Shown here: piece after piece, positions 1-9,074 of the stretch
Numbering within the stretch: the stretch's first letter is position 1
Layout: each line of letters starts with the position of its first letter
Notes under the pieces: model-generated
What the model was told of the DNA's origin: nothing
The model's database searches: none
The model's input: the letters and a program-made list of their open reading frames with translations, nothing else
Virus record (IMG/VR): IMGVR_UViG_3300010158_000057
Direction: 5' to 3' (one strand)
Source of the DNA: an uncultured virus (IMG/VR IMGVR_UViG_3300010158_000057)
Taxonomy: Duplodnaviria > Heunggongvirae > Uroviricota > Caudoviricetes
Length of the DNA stretch: 20,000 bases
Program-made: the position numbers and the translations under genes

Positions 1-258
1 GTGACTCTGAGCAGCTAAGTTATAGAATTCTTCTGGGTGGTATTTTTCGCACACCCTAACACATCCACTAGGATCTGTAATATCAAACTCTTCCAAAGAA
101 AAATTTGAATTATCAAGCAAGTGTTTTATTCTTTCAAAATTATTTACGCTACTTCTGCGATGTAGTCCAACTACTTTATAGTCTTTATCTAGAAGATAGT
201 CTGCTAAATAGCTTCCGTCCTGTCCGGTAATTCCTGTGATCAAAGCTGTTTTATTCAT
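1..258 (-). CDS. gmd: GDP-mannose 4,6-dehydratase, N-terminal part (runs off the window)
   Basis: Manual translation from ATG 258: MNKTALITGITGQDGSYLADYLLDKDYKVVGLHRRS...FYNLAAQSH. ITGITGQDGSYLA and YNLAAQSH are Gmd signature motifs. Overlaps the upstream ORF stop by 8 nt. Confidence 0.95.
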   Translation of the reverse strand, partial: MNKTALITGITGQDGSYLADYLLDKDYKVVGLHRRSSVNNFERIKHLLDNSNFSLEEFDITDPSGCVRVCEKYHPEEFYNLAAQSH

Positions 259-1081
259 CGTTTTTCTCTATAGTGTCTGCTGTTAGAAAGGGTTTATCCA
301 AAACTTTATCCTCATAGGCATGATATTGACTAAGCATGGTCTTGTACTTTTCAGTTGCCATACTAAGAATTTCCATTTCACGACCTTCTTTTTCTCTTAC
401 GTCTTCGTCTTCTAACATTCGGATAAGACCTACCCAAGAGCTTTTTCCGTCTTCTATTCTTTTGATTCTTTGTTCTCTGGTAGCCTTGAGATCCTTGCTG
501 ATCTTTTGTTGCTCGTTTAAGAGCTTGGTATATTCATTAGTATAATTCGCAATACTATTGCGAGCAAAGCTCAGTTGTGTTTCTAGGTTGGCCAGTTTTG
601 GAATGTCTCTGTCTGTCTCGGATTTTTCATATTCTTTATCTACTTGTTTTTGTAGTTTCTCTGTTTCTGATATGTGTCTTTTTCTTTCTTTCATGCTTCG
701 ATTAATAAGAATGTCAATAGTAATAAATTGTTTAATCTGTAGTTCTTCTGCTGCTAAAACATCTTCTCTAAACTGTTTAATTAATCCTATCCATGTATCT
801 TCAAAATATTTTAGTTCACCAGTATCTTCGTCAAACTGTCTGAGTATCTCTGACCAAAACGTTTTGGCGTGCAGTTTTTGTCTTAGGATTTCTTGTTCAT
901 TTCTATCTTCTGACGAAACGACTAATTTATTCTCTGACACATACCTTTGTATGGGTGGAAGATTTCTGTTCAGAGCTTCGGCTATATCCTCTAAAGACAA
1001 AGAACCAAAGTTGTCTGTTATGAACTTTTCCTCTTCGAGACTTAATTGTCCTCGTTTTCTTGGAGATTTTCTGGTGTCCAC
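251..1081 (-). CDS. Hypothetical protein with N-terminal HTH-like segment and long coiled coil
   Basis: 276-aa ORF. LSLEEEKFITDNFGSLSLEDIAEALNRN resembles a Myb/HTH motif; the C-terminal half is charged and heptad-rich. Operon-like overlaps with both neighbours. Confidence 0.75.
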   Translation of the reverse strand: MDTRKSPRKRGQLSLEEEKFITDNFGSLSLEDIAEALNRNLPPIQRYVSENKLVVSSEDRNEQEILRQKLHAKTFWSEILRQFDEDTGELKYFEDTWIGLIKQFREDVLAAEELQIKQFITIDILINRSMKERKRHISETEKLQKQVDKEYEKSETDRDIPKLANLETQLSFARNSIANYTNEYTKLLNEQQKISKDLKATREQRIKRIEDGKSSWVGLIRMLEDEDVREKEGREMEILSMATEKYKTMLSQYHAYEDKVLDKPFLTADTIEKNDE

Positions 1082-1743
1082 TTGTTGTTCCTGAGTATTT
1101 CGTTAATGTGACTTTTTAGTTTATCAAGTTGCTGTCTGGGAATTTTAAGTCCATGTTTAAGCTTTAAATAAGTTTCTCTATATTCTGATTGAACATGTTG
1201 ATCCAAAAATTTAATAATCTCATTGTTTTGTATGTTATTGAAAAGCTCATCTTTAGCTAGGGTATTATGTAAATTTTCATGATCACTAATATAAGATGGC
1301 TGCATAATGTTCTTTTTAGAGTCATTTCGACTTGCCCATGCTGAATATAATTCGCACTCTGTTTTGTCGGTATACTTGGAACATTGATTTGTTGAACATT
1401 GATATGCTTTGTCAAAAAGAGGACAAGTTAAACATGGCTTGTCGGGTCTCTGGTAATTATTCCTTTTATAATTGAATAGACGATTACGAACATGGGTCCA
1501 TAAGAAATTTTCTAATGGGCGTGAGTGATCGTACTTTTCTAATCCTTCAAGAGCAAAAATAGCCGCTTGTTGTTTCATATCATCAAAGTCATGATATCCA
1601 AATTTGAATTTATTAGCTAGTCTTCTACTTATGTTATCTAAAACTATTAAAAATTCCTCTTCTGACACACCATATAAATTAGCGCTATTAATTTTTTTCT
1701 TTTTGCTTTTTAGTGTTATTTTCTTCTTCTTGTTGTTCGGCAT
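1042..1743 (-). CDS. Phage sigma-70-like RNA polymerase sigma factor with Cys-rich insert
   Basis: Region-2-like motif DFDDMKQQAAIFALEGLEKYDHSRPLENFLWTHVRNRLFNYKR, then CLTC-x8-C-x4-C-x8-C, then a weak region-4-like C-terminus. Confidence 0.7.
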   Translation of the reverse strand: MPNNKKKKITLKSKKKKINSANLYGVSEEEFLIVLDNISRRLANKFKFGYHDFDDMKQQAAIFALEGLEKYDHSRPLENFLWTHVRNRLFNYKRNNYQRPDKPCLTCPLFDKAYQCSTNQCSKYTDKTECELYSAWASRNDSKKNIMQPSYISDHENLHNTLAKDELFNNIQNNEIIKFLDQHVQSEYRETYLKLKHGLKIPRQQLDKLKSHINEILRNNKWTPENLQENEDN

Positions 1744-1864
1744 CTAGTAGTTCTGCTATAGTTTTGGTTTGTACACAATCAAAATCTGCTGACACGTCCA
1801 TAATGCTGCCAACGGCTTTAACGTCCAAAACGGAGTCTGTTATCTTAATTTTGGGATTATTCAT
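1688..1864 (-). CDS. Small hypothetical protein (start revised to MNNPKIK)
   Basis: GGAGA Shine-Dalgarno upstream of ATG 1864. First gene of the leftward operon. Confidence 0.55.
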   Translation of the reverse strand: MNNPKIKITDSVLDVKAVGSIMDVSADFDCVQTKTIAELLDAEQQEEENNTKKQKEKN

Positions 1865-1952
1865 CTTTTCTCCTTGCATCAAACTTGTCAATCTATAATA
1901 TAATAGAGTATTCTAGTCTGTAGTCAATATTACACCAAAAGGAACATTTTTT

Positions 1953-2186
1953 ATGGCTAATTACAAGAAGTGGACAGAAGCCGAATTGAAGTTTATTAAT
2001 GAGAATCAGAAGTTGTTGAGTGATGATGAGTTAGCCGCTAAGCTTAGCCAAATGACCACACAAAACATTACAACCAGCATGATTCGTAGGCAGCGAAGAA
2101 AGCTAGGAATTAAAAAAGCTAAGGGTCGAAGGCCAAAGATTAGGATTGTGGAAAGTCCTGAGGAAAATAGTACTCAGAGCGTTTGA
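1953..2186 (+). CDS. Small basic HTH (Myb/SANT-like) DNA-binding protein
   Basis: KKWTEAELKFI...SDDELAAKL...TSMIRRQRRKLGIKK. AAGGA RBS upstream and a terminator downstream. Confidence 0.75.
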   Translation: MANYKKWTEAELKFINENQKLLSDDELAAKLSQMTTQNITTSMIRRQRRKLGIKKAKGRRPKIRIVESPEENSTQSV

Positions 2187-2217
2187 CTTACTAATAATAG
2201 TAAATAAATAATAAAAT

Positions 2218-2248
2218 GGGGATAGTCGTAATTGGCTGTCCCTTTTTT
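2218..2248 (+). terminator. Rho-independent terminator
   Basis: GGGATAGTC-GTAATT-GGCTGTCCC stem (with G-U pairs) followed by TTTTTT, between convergent genes. Confidence 0.75.
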
Positions 2249-2606
2249 ATTCAACGTTCTTTAAACCTCGTGTAAAAACCAATCTACGACTAGAACTAGA
2301 AGAAGACGCAGAAGAGAATCCGAGTCTTTCTTGTTTGGTGTGTTTGGTTGATGGAATATCTATTGCGATTTTATTTGGATTGTGAATATTTGGCCTAGAT
2401 TTATTAATAAGATCTATTAAAGAAATATCTTCTCTAGATGGATATATAGGATCAATATGTTCTATATGTTGTTTAGGAGCATAGGTTATTGTGTCTAATA
2501 TTTGTATCTCTAAGTGAAGATAATCAATAACTGGAATTTGATATAGTCCATTATTAAACTGGTAAAAAATACGATGGCCATAGTTGTAATAAGCTGAGTT
2601 GTTCAT
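2247..2606 (-). CDS. Hypothetical protein
   Basis: 119-aa ORF with an AGGA RBS. Last gene of a tightly packed minus-strand run. Confidence 0.6.
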   Translation of the reverse strand: MNNSAYYNYGHRIFYQFNNGLYQIPVIDYLHLEIQILDTITYAPKQHIEHIDPIYPSREDISLIDLINKSRPNIHNPNKIAIDIPSTKHTKQERLGFSSASSSSSSRRLVFTRGLKNVE

Positions 2607-2623
2607 AAATATTCCTATTTAAA

Positions 2624-4276
2624 TTAAAATGGGTAGTTTACTTGACCTGGAATAAATTTACCATCGTCTATAATGATTATATCTCTTGGTGTAGGTGGTT
2701 CTTTAGCTACTTTAAGAACTGGAAAGTTTTGTATCGGCATACCATAGTTTGAATTTAGTGTTAAATTATTTCTAAGATCAGTAGGAGCATTAATATTGGA
2801 TATGGCTCTCATATTAACGTTAGTTGTAGTATTGCCTCTTAAAAAGTTGGATCGTGATGGATTATTAGAGTCTGGTTTAGGAACAGGTGAGCTAATAGAA
2901 CCATTATGGTTCTGAAATGAACCGTCTGGCAAAAACACCCCATCTGTATAATTTAATTGTCCATCATTATTAGATGCTTTCTTTGGACCTCTACCAGAAT
3001 TTCCTTCAGAAGAACCACCTCCTCCTTCTGGATCACAAGTCCAAATTATATCTGAATCTGCTAATCCGCTAGAGCCAAAAGAAGGCTCGCTTAAAGCTGT
3101 AATAGCCGCTTCTGCTTCACTTGCAGCTAAAACCCCCAAAAAAGCAATCAAGGGTTTAAGTCTTGATAAACATGGCCCTAATCTTGCTAATGTTTGTGCG
3201 CTAATTTTCCCTCCGGCTTTTAAAAGCTCCAAAAATTTTTGTCCAACAACGCTGTTACTAGAAACTGTCTTTCCACTATTTATCAGTGTCTGTGTTTCTT
3301 TACATATTTTTTCGATAGTTCCAGTCAATATTCTTTCTGCTGTATCTTTTATCTTTTTTGGATCTTTATATATTACTTCGATCACTGTTTTTCCGTTTAC
3401 TGTTGTTATCTTATATTCTTTGACAAGACTTTTAGCTCTCTCGAAAGTCTGGATATCTCTTAATAATGGATTATTATTTTTTTGAGTTTCCAAACCAGCT
3501 TCAATAAACTTTTTGAGTTCATCTGAAGAAAGGGTTCTGAGGTCTATCTGGGTAGGTGGAGGTGGTGTTGATCCAAAAAGACCGCCAAAAAGACCAGCTA
3601 AAACGCCAGCCTTAAGTGTTGGACTAGCATCTACATAGTTGGTGTCTGTAATAGTTGTACAATCTTCTGTTACTACATCTACGCATTTCCAAGATATCTT
3701 GTAGTCAGAATACGCTGTTTTAGCATTATTGCAATCGTTTTCGTCTCTGCCACTAACGTCTTCAATAGGTCCTTGTGTTCCGCAAGGATTCATAACAGAA
3801 GAACTAATAGGATGACTACCTCCTGGATTACTTGTTGGATGTCCGTTAATGGTGGTCCAACTATCTAGAACATGAGAGCTTCCATCGGAACAATTTAGTA
3901 TCAATCTCATATATCCAGTATATCCATATGGATAAGGAGGATTCCAAGAAGAGGGAGCGCCATCTAAAGTAACGGTCTGGGTAGTTGGATCATATGATGT
4001 GGTTGTGGAACTCCTCCATCCTCCTATATAGTCATATCCTCCATATCCGGAATCTCCTACTTCTGTAACTCTCCAAGAAGAAGGGGTTACTGGATTTTTA
4101 GGACCGTCGTTAACACAACTACAGCTTTGCACCGTTTTGGGTTCACATACTGTTCTATTGGTAACTATTGGGCATTGAGGAGGGGTAAAACCCCCACCAC
4201 CACTACTGCTACAAGAGCCACTACCGCCGCCTGGTTTTGGGGACGGAACCAGAGGATCATCAAACATTATTGGCAT
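2624..4276 (-). CDS. Large Gly/Ser/Pro/Cys-rich hypothetical protein (possibly virion-associated)
   Basis: 550-aa ORF with an AGGAGA RBS, low-complexity linkers, a Cys-rich N-terminal half and two hydrophobic segments. Confidence 0.75.
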   Translation of the reverse strand: MPIMFDDPLVPSPKPGGGSGSCSSSGGGGFTPPQCPIVTNRTVCEPKTVQSCSCVNDGPKNPVTPSSWRVTEVGDSGYGGYDYIGGWRSSTTTSYDPTTQTVTLDGAPSSWNPPYPYGYTGYMRLILNCSDGSSHVLDSWTTINGHPTSNPGGSHPISSSVMNPCGTQGPIEDVSGRDENDCNNAKTAYSDYKISWKCVDVVTEDCTTITDTNYVDASPTLKAGVLAGLFGGLFGSTPPPPTQIDLRTLSSDELKKFIEAGLETQKNNNPLLRDIQTFERAKSLVKEYKITTVNGKTVIEVIYKDPKKIKDTAERILTGTIEKICKETQTLINSGKTVSSNSVVGQKFLELLKAGGKISAQTLARLGPCLSRLKPLIAFLGVLAASEAEAAITALSEPSFGSSGLADSDIIWTCDPEGGGGSSEGNSGRGPKKASNNDGQLNYTDGVFLPDGSFQNHNGSISSPVPKPDSNNPSRSNFLRGNTTTNVNMRAISNINAPTDLRNNLTLNSNYGMPIQNFPVLKVAKEPPTPRDIIIIDDGKFIPGQVNYPF

Positions 4277-4289
4277 AATTGTCTCCTAA

Positions 4290-5084
4290 TTATTGAAAAT
4301 CTCCAAGAGAAAAATTTTTAATTAACATATAGTGGGTTTTATATTCATTATTTGCAGAAGAGACATTAAACTTATTTGGTACTGATGGTCTTTTTCTAGG
4401 ATCAACAATTTGATTATCTATAACAAAAGGATCCATAGATATTGCTAATTGTAAACCACTAGGAATTGGATTAGAGATTCCTTGATTAGAAATTATAGGT
4501 GTGCGATTGATGCTATTTCCTGTTATTCTATTAAAGGTTTGATATCCAAGACCAAAGCCTGTCATGTCTATCTCAAAAATGCCAAATTTATCATTTGCTA
4601 TAATAGTTGCGGAATTATTGTTTGATAAATCAATATTTGGCAATGGTGAGCTAGGACCTAAATCAAGCGGTTTGGAAAAAATCTCATAATCAGAAATTGA
4701 GCCTAAATTTCCTGTTGCTATGACTCTCATAAAACCAACAGCTTCTCCTTGCTGAAGAATTGAAAATGCGTCGTTTATGCTGTATGCTGTACCAGGATTT
4801 GTTATTGTAAAAGTTGTTTTAATTGGAGAAAAGAAAGGTTTGGCGGTAGCAACTATACCATCTGGATGTTCTGGTTGTGGAAAACTAATGGTTGTAGACT
4901 TGCTATAGTTATAACCATTACTTGTAACTTTAGTTTGCAATATAGATACAAACTGTGGTGGAATATTTAATTTTGTATACTCAAAGTATTTTGTGGTATT
5001 CTCTGGCCTATGTGCATGTAGCCCACTTAAGGTTCTATTGCGAATTAAACCACTTATTGAATATCTATTACTACTATCAGCCAT
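4290..5084 (-). CDS. Putative virion structural protein
   Basis: 264 aa. Repeated VTSNGYNY / ITNPGTAY / MTGFGLGY motifs resemble the beta-repeat 'NxGxGY' units of large-phage structural proteins. Confidence 0.6.
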   Translation of the reverse strand: MADSSNRYSISGLIRNRTLSGLHAHRPENTTKYFEYTKLNIPPQFVSILQTKVTSNGYNYSKSTTISFPQPEHPDGIVATAKPFFSPIKTTFTITNPGTAYSINDAFSILQQGEAVGFMRVIATGNLGSISDYEIFSKPLDLGPSSPLPNIDLSNNNSATIIANDKFGIFEIDMTGFGLGYQTFNRITGNSINRTPIISNQGISNPIPSGLQLAISMDPFVIDNQIVDPRKRPSVPNKFNVSSANNEYKTHYMLIKNFSLGDFQ

Positions 5085-5793
5085 TATAAACCTCCTCTAC
5101 CAATTCTCGTGATTCATAACTATCTTGATCTAGTTTAAGAGTATAAACTAGTTCATTATTTAGTAAAGAACATTTATAAATTGATTTATTATTATTGTTT
5201 TTGAGCTCTTTAATGATATTGAATGAACTATCAACTAATAAGGAAAGGTATGACTTCTCAGTTGTTTGTCCTGTTACTATAAATTTGTCTTCATTAAAAA
5301 CTTTATTTAATTTGTAGATATAAACTAATCCCAAGTCAAACTCCTGGGGATTTGTGATTCCTTTTAATACTTTTCCGTTCTTGTTAGGATTGGCGTAGAT
5401 TGGAATATCATCAACGACTGTTCCTGTGAAAGTTTGCTGGATAACTGTAAAATTAGAAGTTTGAGAAGGATCTAGAGGCGAAATGTCCAAAGAACATAAA
5501 TAATAAACTATGGGAGTATTTGGCCCCTTATTAAATCCTGCTGTATAATATAGTTTATTGGAATATAGATGAGGATTACATTCTAGAATTACCTCTCCGT
5601 AATTCTCAACGTTTGTTGGGGTAGTAATACTAACTTCTTCATTTGTAACATAATTTTTGTGGTAGATTTTCCATGGACGAATAGAATATTCTTTTCCAAA
5701 AACTAGTGTTCTTAATGAATCAGCATAACAATAAAGAAGGCATTTTTGGCCGCTATTGTTTGTATATAAGAATGGTTGACTACTATTGATCAT
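5077..5793 (-). CDS. Hypothetical beta-rich protein
   Basis: 238-aa ORF, AGGAGA RBS, 8-nt overlap with the next gene. Confidence 0.7.
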   Translation of the reverse strand: MINSSQPFLYTNNSGQKCLLYCYADSLRTLVFGKEYSIRPWKIYHKNYVTNEEVSITTPTNVENYGEVILECNPHLYSNKLYYTAGFNKGPNTPIVYYLCSLDISPLDPSQTSNFTVIQQTFTGTVVDDIPIYANPNKNGKVLKGITNPQEFDLGLVYIYKLNKVFNEDKFIVTGQTTEKSYLSLLVDSSFNIIKELKNNNNKSIYKCSLLNNELVYTLKLDQDSYESRELVEEVYNG

Positions 5794-5843
5794 AGACTCT
5801 CCTTATGAGAAGTTGTATCTTATTAAGATATACCCCAAAACTA

Positions 5844-6677
5844 TTAAGACGATAATGGAATTTCAGCAATTAGGGTATTTGATGAAGTTCCGTCGCTGTT
5901 ATATAGTATTATTCCATAACTTGCAACTTGTCCTCCTCCAACAGGATCTGGTCTTACTAAAATTGGTCCAAATATTACTCCTGTTGCTGCTCCTAATATT
6001 GCTTTTAAAGCTTTCAGAGCCCCGATTGCTGCTGAGGGTACTGGTCCAATAGGATTGAATGTTGGTGGAGGTCCTGGGGGAGGAACTCCAGGAGTAGTAA
6101 AATATCTATATACTGCCGTAGCTACTCCTCCTGAAATAACAGTTAATGGAATACCATAAGTCCACGGAGACGATGTATCTGTTGTTGTGGGAAAGGTCTC
6201 ATTAATATTGGTATTTTCTACGGTTATTGGAGCATATTGATGTACTCTATTTAAACAAAGAGTTAGTTCGGGATGAAGAGCAGAAAAAGCTGTACATGAG
6301 TCTTGTAAATCTTTCATAGAGTCATAGTGTACTGGAATAGCCCCAGGAGGATCAGAGTCACTAATATTACAAGCATTTACTCTTACCGTTCCTCCTCCTG
6401 CTCCAATTAGAGTTATCATGGGTTTTATAACTCTTATAGGAATTCCTGCAAATGACCTATTTGCAAAATAAGAATTACAGTTTGGCGCATTTAAAACTTG
6501 TCCACAAGGTCCAACAGTAGATTCTGGAGCGCCCTCTCCAACAGATGAGGTTCCTCCTGTACTATCACATTGTTGTTTAGTCACCCAATTAACAGTATTC
6601 CAACCGCCAACTATACCATTACAGCTTATGCATTGCATTGGACTAAAAATAACACCAGGAGGTAATGGTTCTCTCAT
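5844..6677 (-). CDS. Cys/Gly/Pro-rich hypothetical protein
   Basis: 277-aa ORF with an AGGAGA RBS. Composition resembles 2624-4276. Confidence 0.7.
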   Translation of the reverse strand: MREPLPPGVIFSPMQCISCNGIVGGWNTVNWVTKQQCDSTGGTSSVGEGAPESTVGPCGQVLNAPNCNSYFANRSFAGIPIRVIKPMITLIGAGGGTVRVNACNISDSDPPGAIPVHYDSMKDLQDSCTAFSALHPELTLCLNRVHQYAPITVENTNINETFPTTTDTSSPWTYGIPLTVISGGVATAVYRYFTTPGVPPPGPPPTFNPIGPVPSAAIGALKALKAILGAATGVIFGPILVRPDPVGGGQVASYGIILYNSDGTSSNTLIAEIPLSS

Positions 6678-6767
6678 AATTATGGTTTCTCCTACTTATG
6701 GTAAATAATAGCTAATAAAATATACACTATATCATAAGATAAAAACATGTGTTCTTAAAAAGAAGAT

Positions 6768-6796
6768 TTGACTATTGAGGCCTGACGCGTTAGAAT
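6768..6796 (+). promoter_or_regulatory. Sigma-70-type promoter for the 6831/glmS unit
   Basis: TTGACT-17-TAGAAT. Confidence 0.6.
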
Positions 6797-6830
6797 AAAA
6801 GTGTCTTATGTCCCGAACCTGGAGAAAATT

Positions 6831-7142
6831 ATGAAAACTCTACTATGCTCTTTAACGTTGTTGCTTATGCTGGGAAACTTAGCCTCTGCTCAATATCCGG
6901 TAGTTACTCAAGCATGGGTTCCTATGGTGGTTAATACAACCCAATATGTTCCTTACAATTATGCTGTAACTAATTACTATACTACTATGGTTCCGGTAAA
7001 TGTTCCAAATGTTCAGTATTATCAAGCTCCGTTATATCGACCAATATCTGAGGTGACCCCGTATGCTCAAACCTACTTTCCGTCATGTTACTGGAATAGG
7101 CCGGTTTATTATAACTATCGACAGTATCCTTATCGGTACTAA
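6831..7142 (+). CDS. Secreted Tyr/Pro/Val-rich small protein
   Basis: GGAGA RBS before ATG 6831. Signal-peptide-like MKTLLCSLTLLLMLGNLASA, then a Y/P/V-rich mature part. Confidence 0.7.
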   Translation: MKTLLCSLTLLLMLGNLASAQYPVVTQAWVPMVVNTTQYVPYNYAVTNYYTTMVPVNVPNVQYYQAPLYRPISEVTPYAQTYFPSCYWNRPVYYNYRQYPYRY

Positions 7143-7148
7143 AAAACT

Positions 7149-8960
7149 ATGTGTGGTATAGTAGCTTACAAAGGCAAGCAGAAATGCTTGTCTTTTTTGC
7201 TTGATGGACTTCAATCTCTGGAATATAGGGGTTATGATAGTGCTGGCATCTGCTATTTGGTCAACCAGACTTTAATAAATGTCAAACAGACTGGTAGCGT
7301 GGAAGATTTAAAAAAGGTTGTTAAAAACCCCCATATCGAAGCCTACAGCGGCATTGGCCACACCCGATGGGCCACCCACGGAAAGCCCTGTAAAAGGAAT
7401 TCTCATCCTCATCTGACCAGCGACAATAAATTGGCCATAATCCACAATGGTATAATTGAGAATTACCAAGAATTAAAGGATAGTCTGGAGAAAAAGTATA
7501 AGTTCAAAAGCGACACTGATTCTGAAGTCCTTTTGTATCAAATATATGAATTTGTGCAGGAAGGAGAGGATATTTTAACGAGCGTCAAGTGCGCTCTTAG
7601 GAAAATTGTCGGGGCCTTTGCTATGGTGGTGTTGGGGGATAACGGTCAAATGATAGTGGCTCGAAAAGGAAGTCCTTTGGTAATAGGATTGGGGGTAAAT
7701 GAGATAATGGTGGGGAGTGATAGTGGGGCTTTTGGTGATAGGGTAAGTTTGGGGCTGGTTTATTTAAAAGATAATAGTGTGGGGGAAATTACGGACAAAT
7801 TGGCCGTATATGATCTTCATAACGATATAGAAATTGATTATGAGATTGAGCAGGTATATAATCATAATTTGAGGGTGGAAAAGGGAAGTTATGATAGTTT
7901 CATGCTTAAGGAGATTTTTGAGCAACCAAGGGTGATTGATGATTGCTTGAAGGGGCGACTTGATGGATACCGGATTAAATTGGGGGGATTGATTGGATAT
8001 GAGAATTTATTTAAAAAGGTAAAGCATATAACCATAGTGAGTTGTGGGTCAAGTTGGCATTCGTCTTTGATTGCAAAATATTATATTGAGGAATTTTGTA
8101 AAATTAAGGTGAGTGTGGAATATGCTAGTGAGTTCCGATATCGAAAGCCATGTATTGAGCAGGGGGATATTGTTGTTGGAGTTAGTCAAAGTGGGGAAAC
8201 TGCAGATACTATTAGTGCTTTAGAAATAGCAAAGATATATGGGGCGATTATTGTGGGGATTTGTAATGTTCCTAATTCTACCATATCAAGAATGACTGAT
8301 TGTGGAATTTATTTGCGGGCTGGTGTGGAAGTGGGAGTTGCTAGTACTAAAGCTTTTACTAATCAGGTGGTTGTTTTATTGATGTTAAGTCTGTGGATTG
8401 AGCAGAACTTGGGGCTTATGGGTTTGGATCATAGAAAAACAATAATAGATGATTTGAGAGATTTGCCAGATTTGACTGAAAGATGTTTGAAGTGTTATGA
8501 GAATGTGGAATTTTTAGCAGAGACGATGGTTGGAATGACTAATTGCTTGTTTTTGGGGCGCGGATATAATTTTCCAATAGCTCTTGAGGGGGCTCTTAAG
8601 TTAAAAGAGATAAGTTATGTTCATGCTGAAGGATATCCGGCGGCGGAAATGAAACATGGACCTATTGCTTTGATAGATAAAAATATGCCAGTGATCGTTT
8701 TAGCTAATAATGTGGGGCAGTATGGGAAGATGGTAAATAATGTTAGTGAGATAATGGCACGAGACGGTAAGGTGATAAGCATATTTTCTGAGAATGCTGG
8801 ATTGGGGGATTATAAGATAAGGGTGCCAATGGTGACTGATGCTTTGAGTCCACTGATGGGAATAGTTCCTTTGCAGCTATTTTCTTACTACTCGGCAGTT
8901 TTGAGGGGCAAAAACGTTGATAAGCCACGGAATTTAGCCAAAAGCGTGACTGTAGAATAA
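7149..8960 (+). CDS. glmS: Glutamine--fructose-6-phosphate transaminase (isomerizing)
   Basis: MCGIV N-terminal nucleophile Cys, LEYRGYDSAG, GIGHTRWATHG, SQSGETADT, VASTKAFT, EGALKLKEISY, C-terminal DKPRNLAKSVTVE; 603 aa. Confidence 0.98.
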   Translation: MCGIVAYKGKQKCLSFLLDGLQSLEYRGYDSAGICYLVNQTLINVKQTGSVEDLKKVVKNPHIEAYSGIGHTRWATHGKPCKRNSHPHLTSDNKLAIIHNGIIENYQELKDSLEKKYKFKSDTDSEVLLYQIYEFVQEGEDILTSVKCALRKIVGAFAMVVLGDNGQMIVARKGSPLVIGLGVNEIMVGSDSGAFGDRVSLGLVYLKDNSVGEITDKLAVYDLHNDIEIDYEIEQVYNHNLRVEKGSYDSFMLKEIFEQPRVIDDCLKGRLDGYRIKLGGLIGYENLFKKVKHITIVSCGSSWHSSLIAKYYIEEFCKIKVSVEYASEFRYRKPCIEQGDIVVGVSQSGETADTISALEIAKIYGAIIVGICNVPNSTISRMTDCGIYLRAGVEVGVASTKAFTNQVVVLLMLSLWIEQNLGLMGLDHRKTIIDDLRDLPDLTERCLKCYENVEFLAETMVGMTNCLFLGRGYNFPIALEGALKLKEISYVHAEGYPAAEMKHGPIALIDKNMPVIVLANNVGQYGKMVNNVSEIMARDGKVISIFSENAGLGDYKIRVPMVTDALSPLMGIVPLQLFSYYSAVLRGKNVDKPRNLAKSVTVE

Positions 8961-9074
8961 TATAAAGTGGCTATTAAACCGGCCAATTATTATATGGGGG
9001 TCCTTATTGTTTATGTACCACCCCCGGATTGTCTCGCAATTTTCTGGGGTCCTTAATAAAACAGAAAAACCCCC

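Noticed and set aside
336..6052. Plus-strand ORFs 336-545, 558-1094, 1713-1898, 3239-3463, 4127-4321 and 5786-6052
   Set aside because: Antisense shadows of longer minus-strand genes with Ser/Leu/Phe-biased translations.
7080..7148. glmS ribozyme upstream of glmS
   Set aside because: Only 6 nt separate glmS from the upstream ORF, leaving no room, and no recognisable motif is present.
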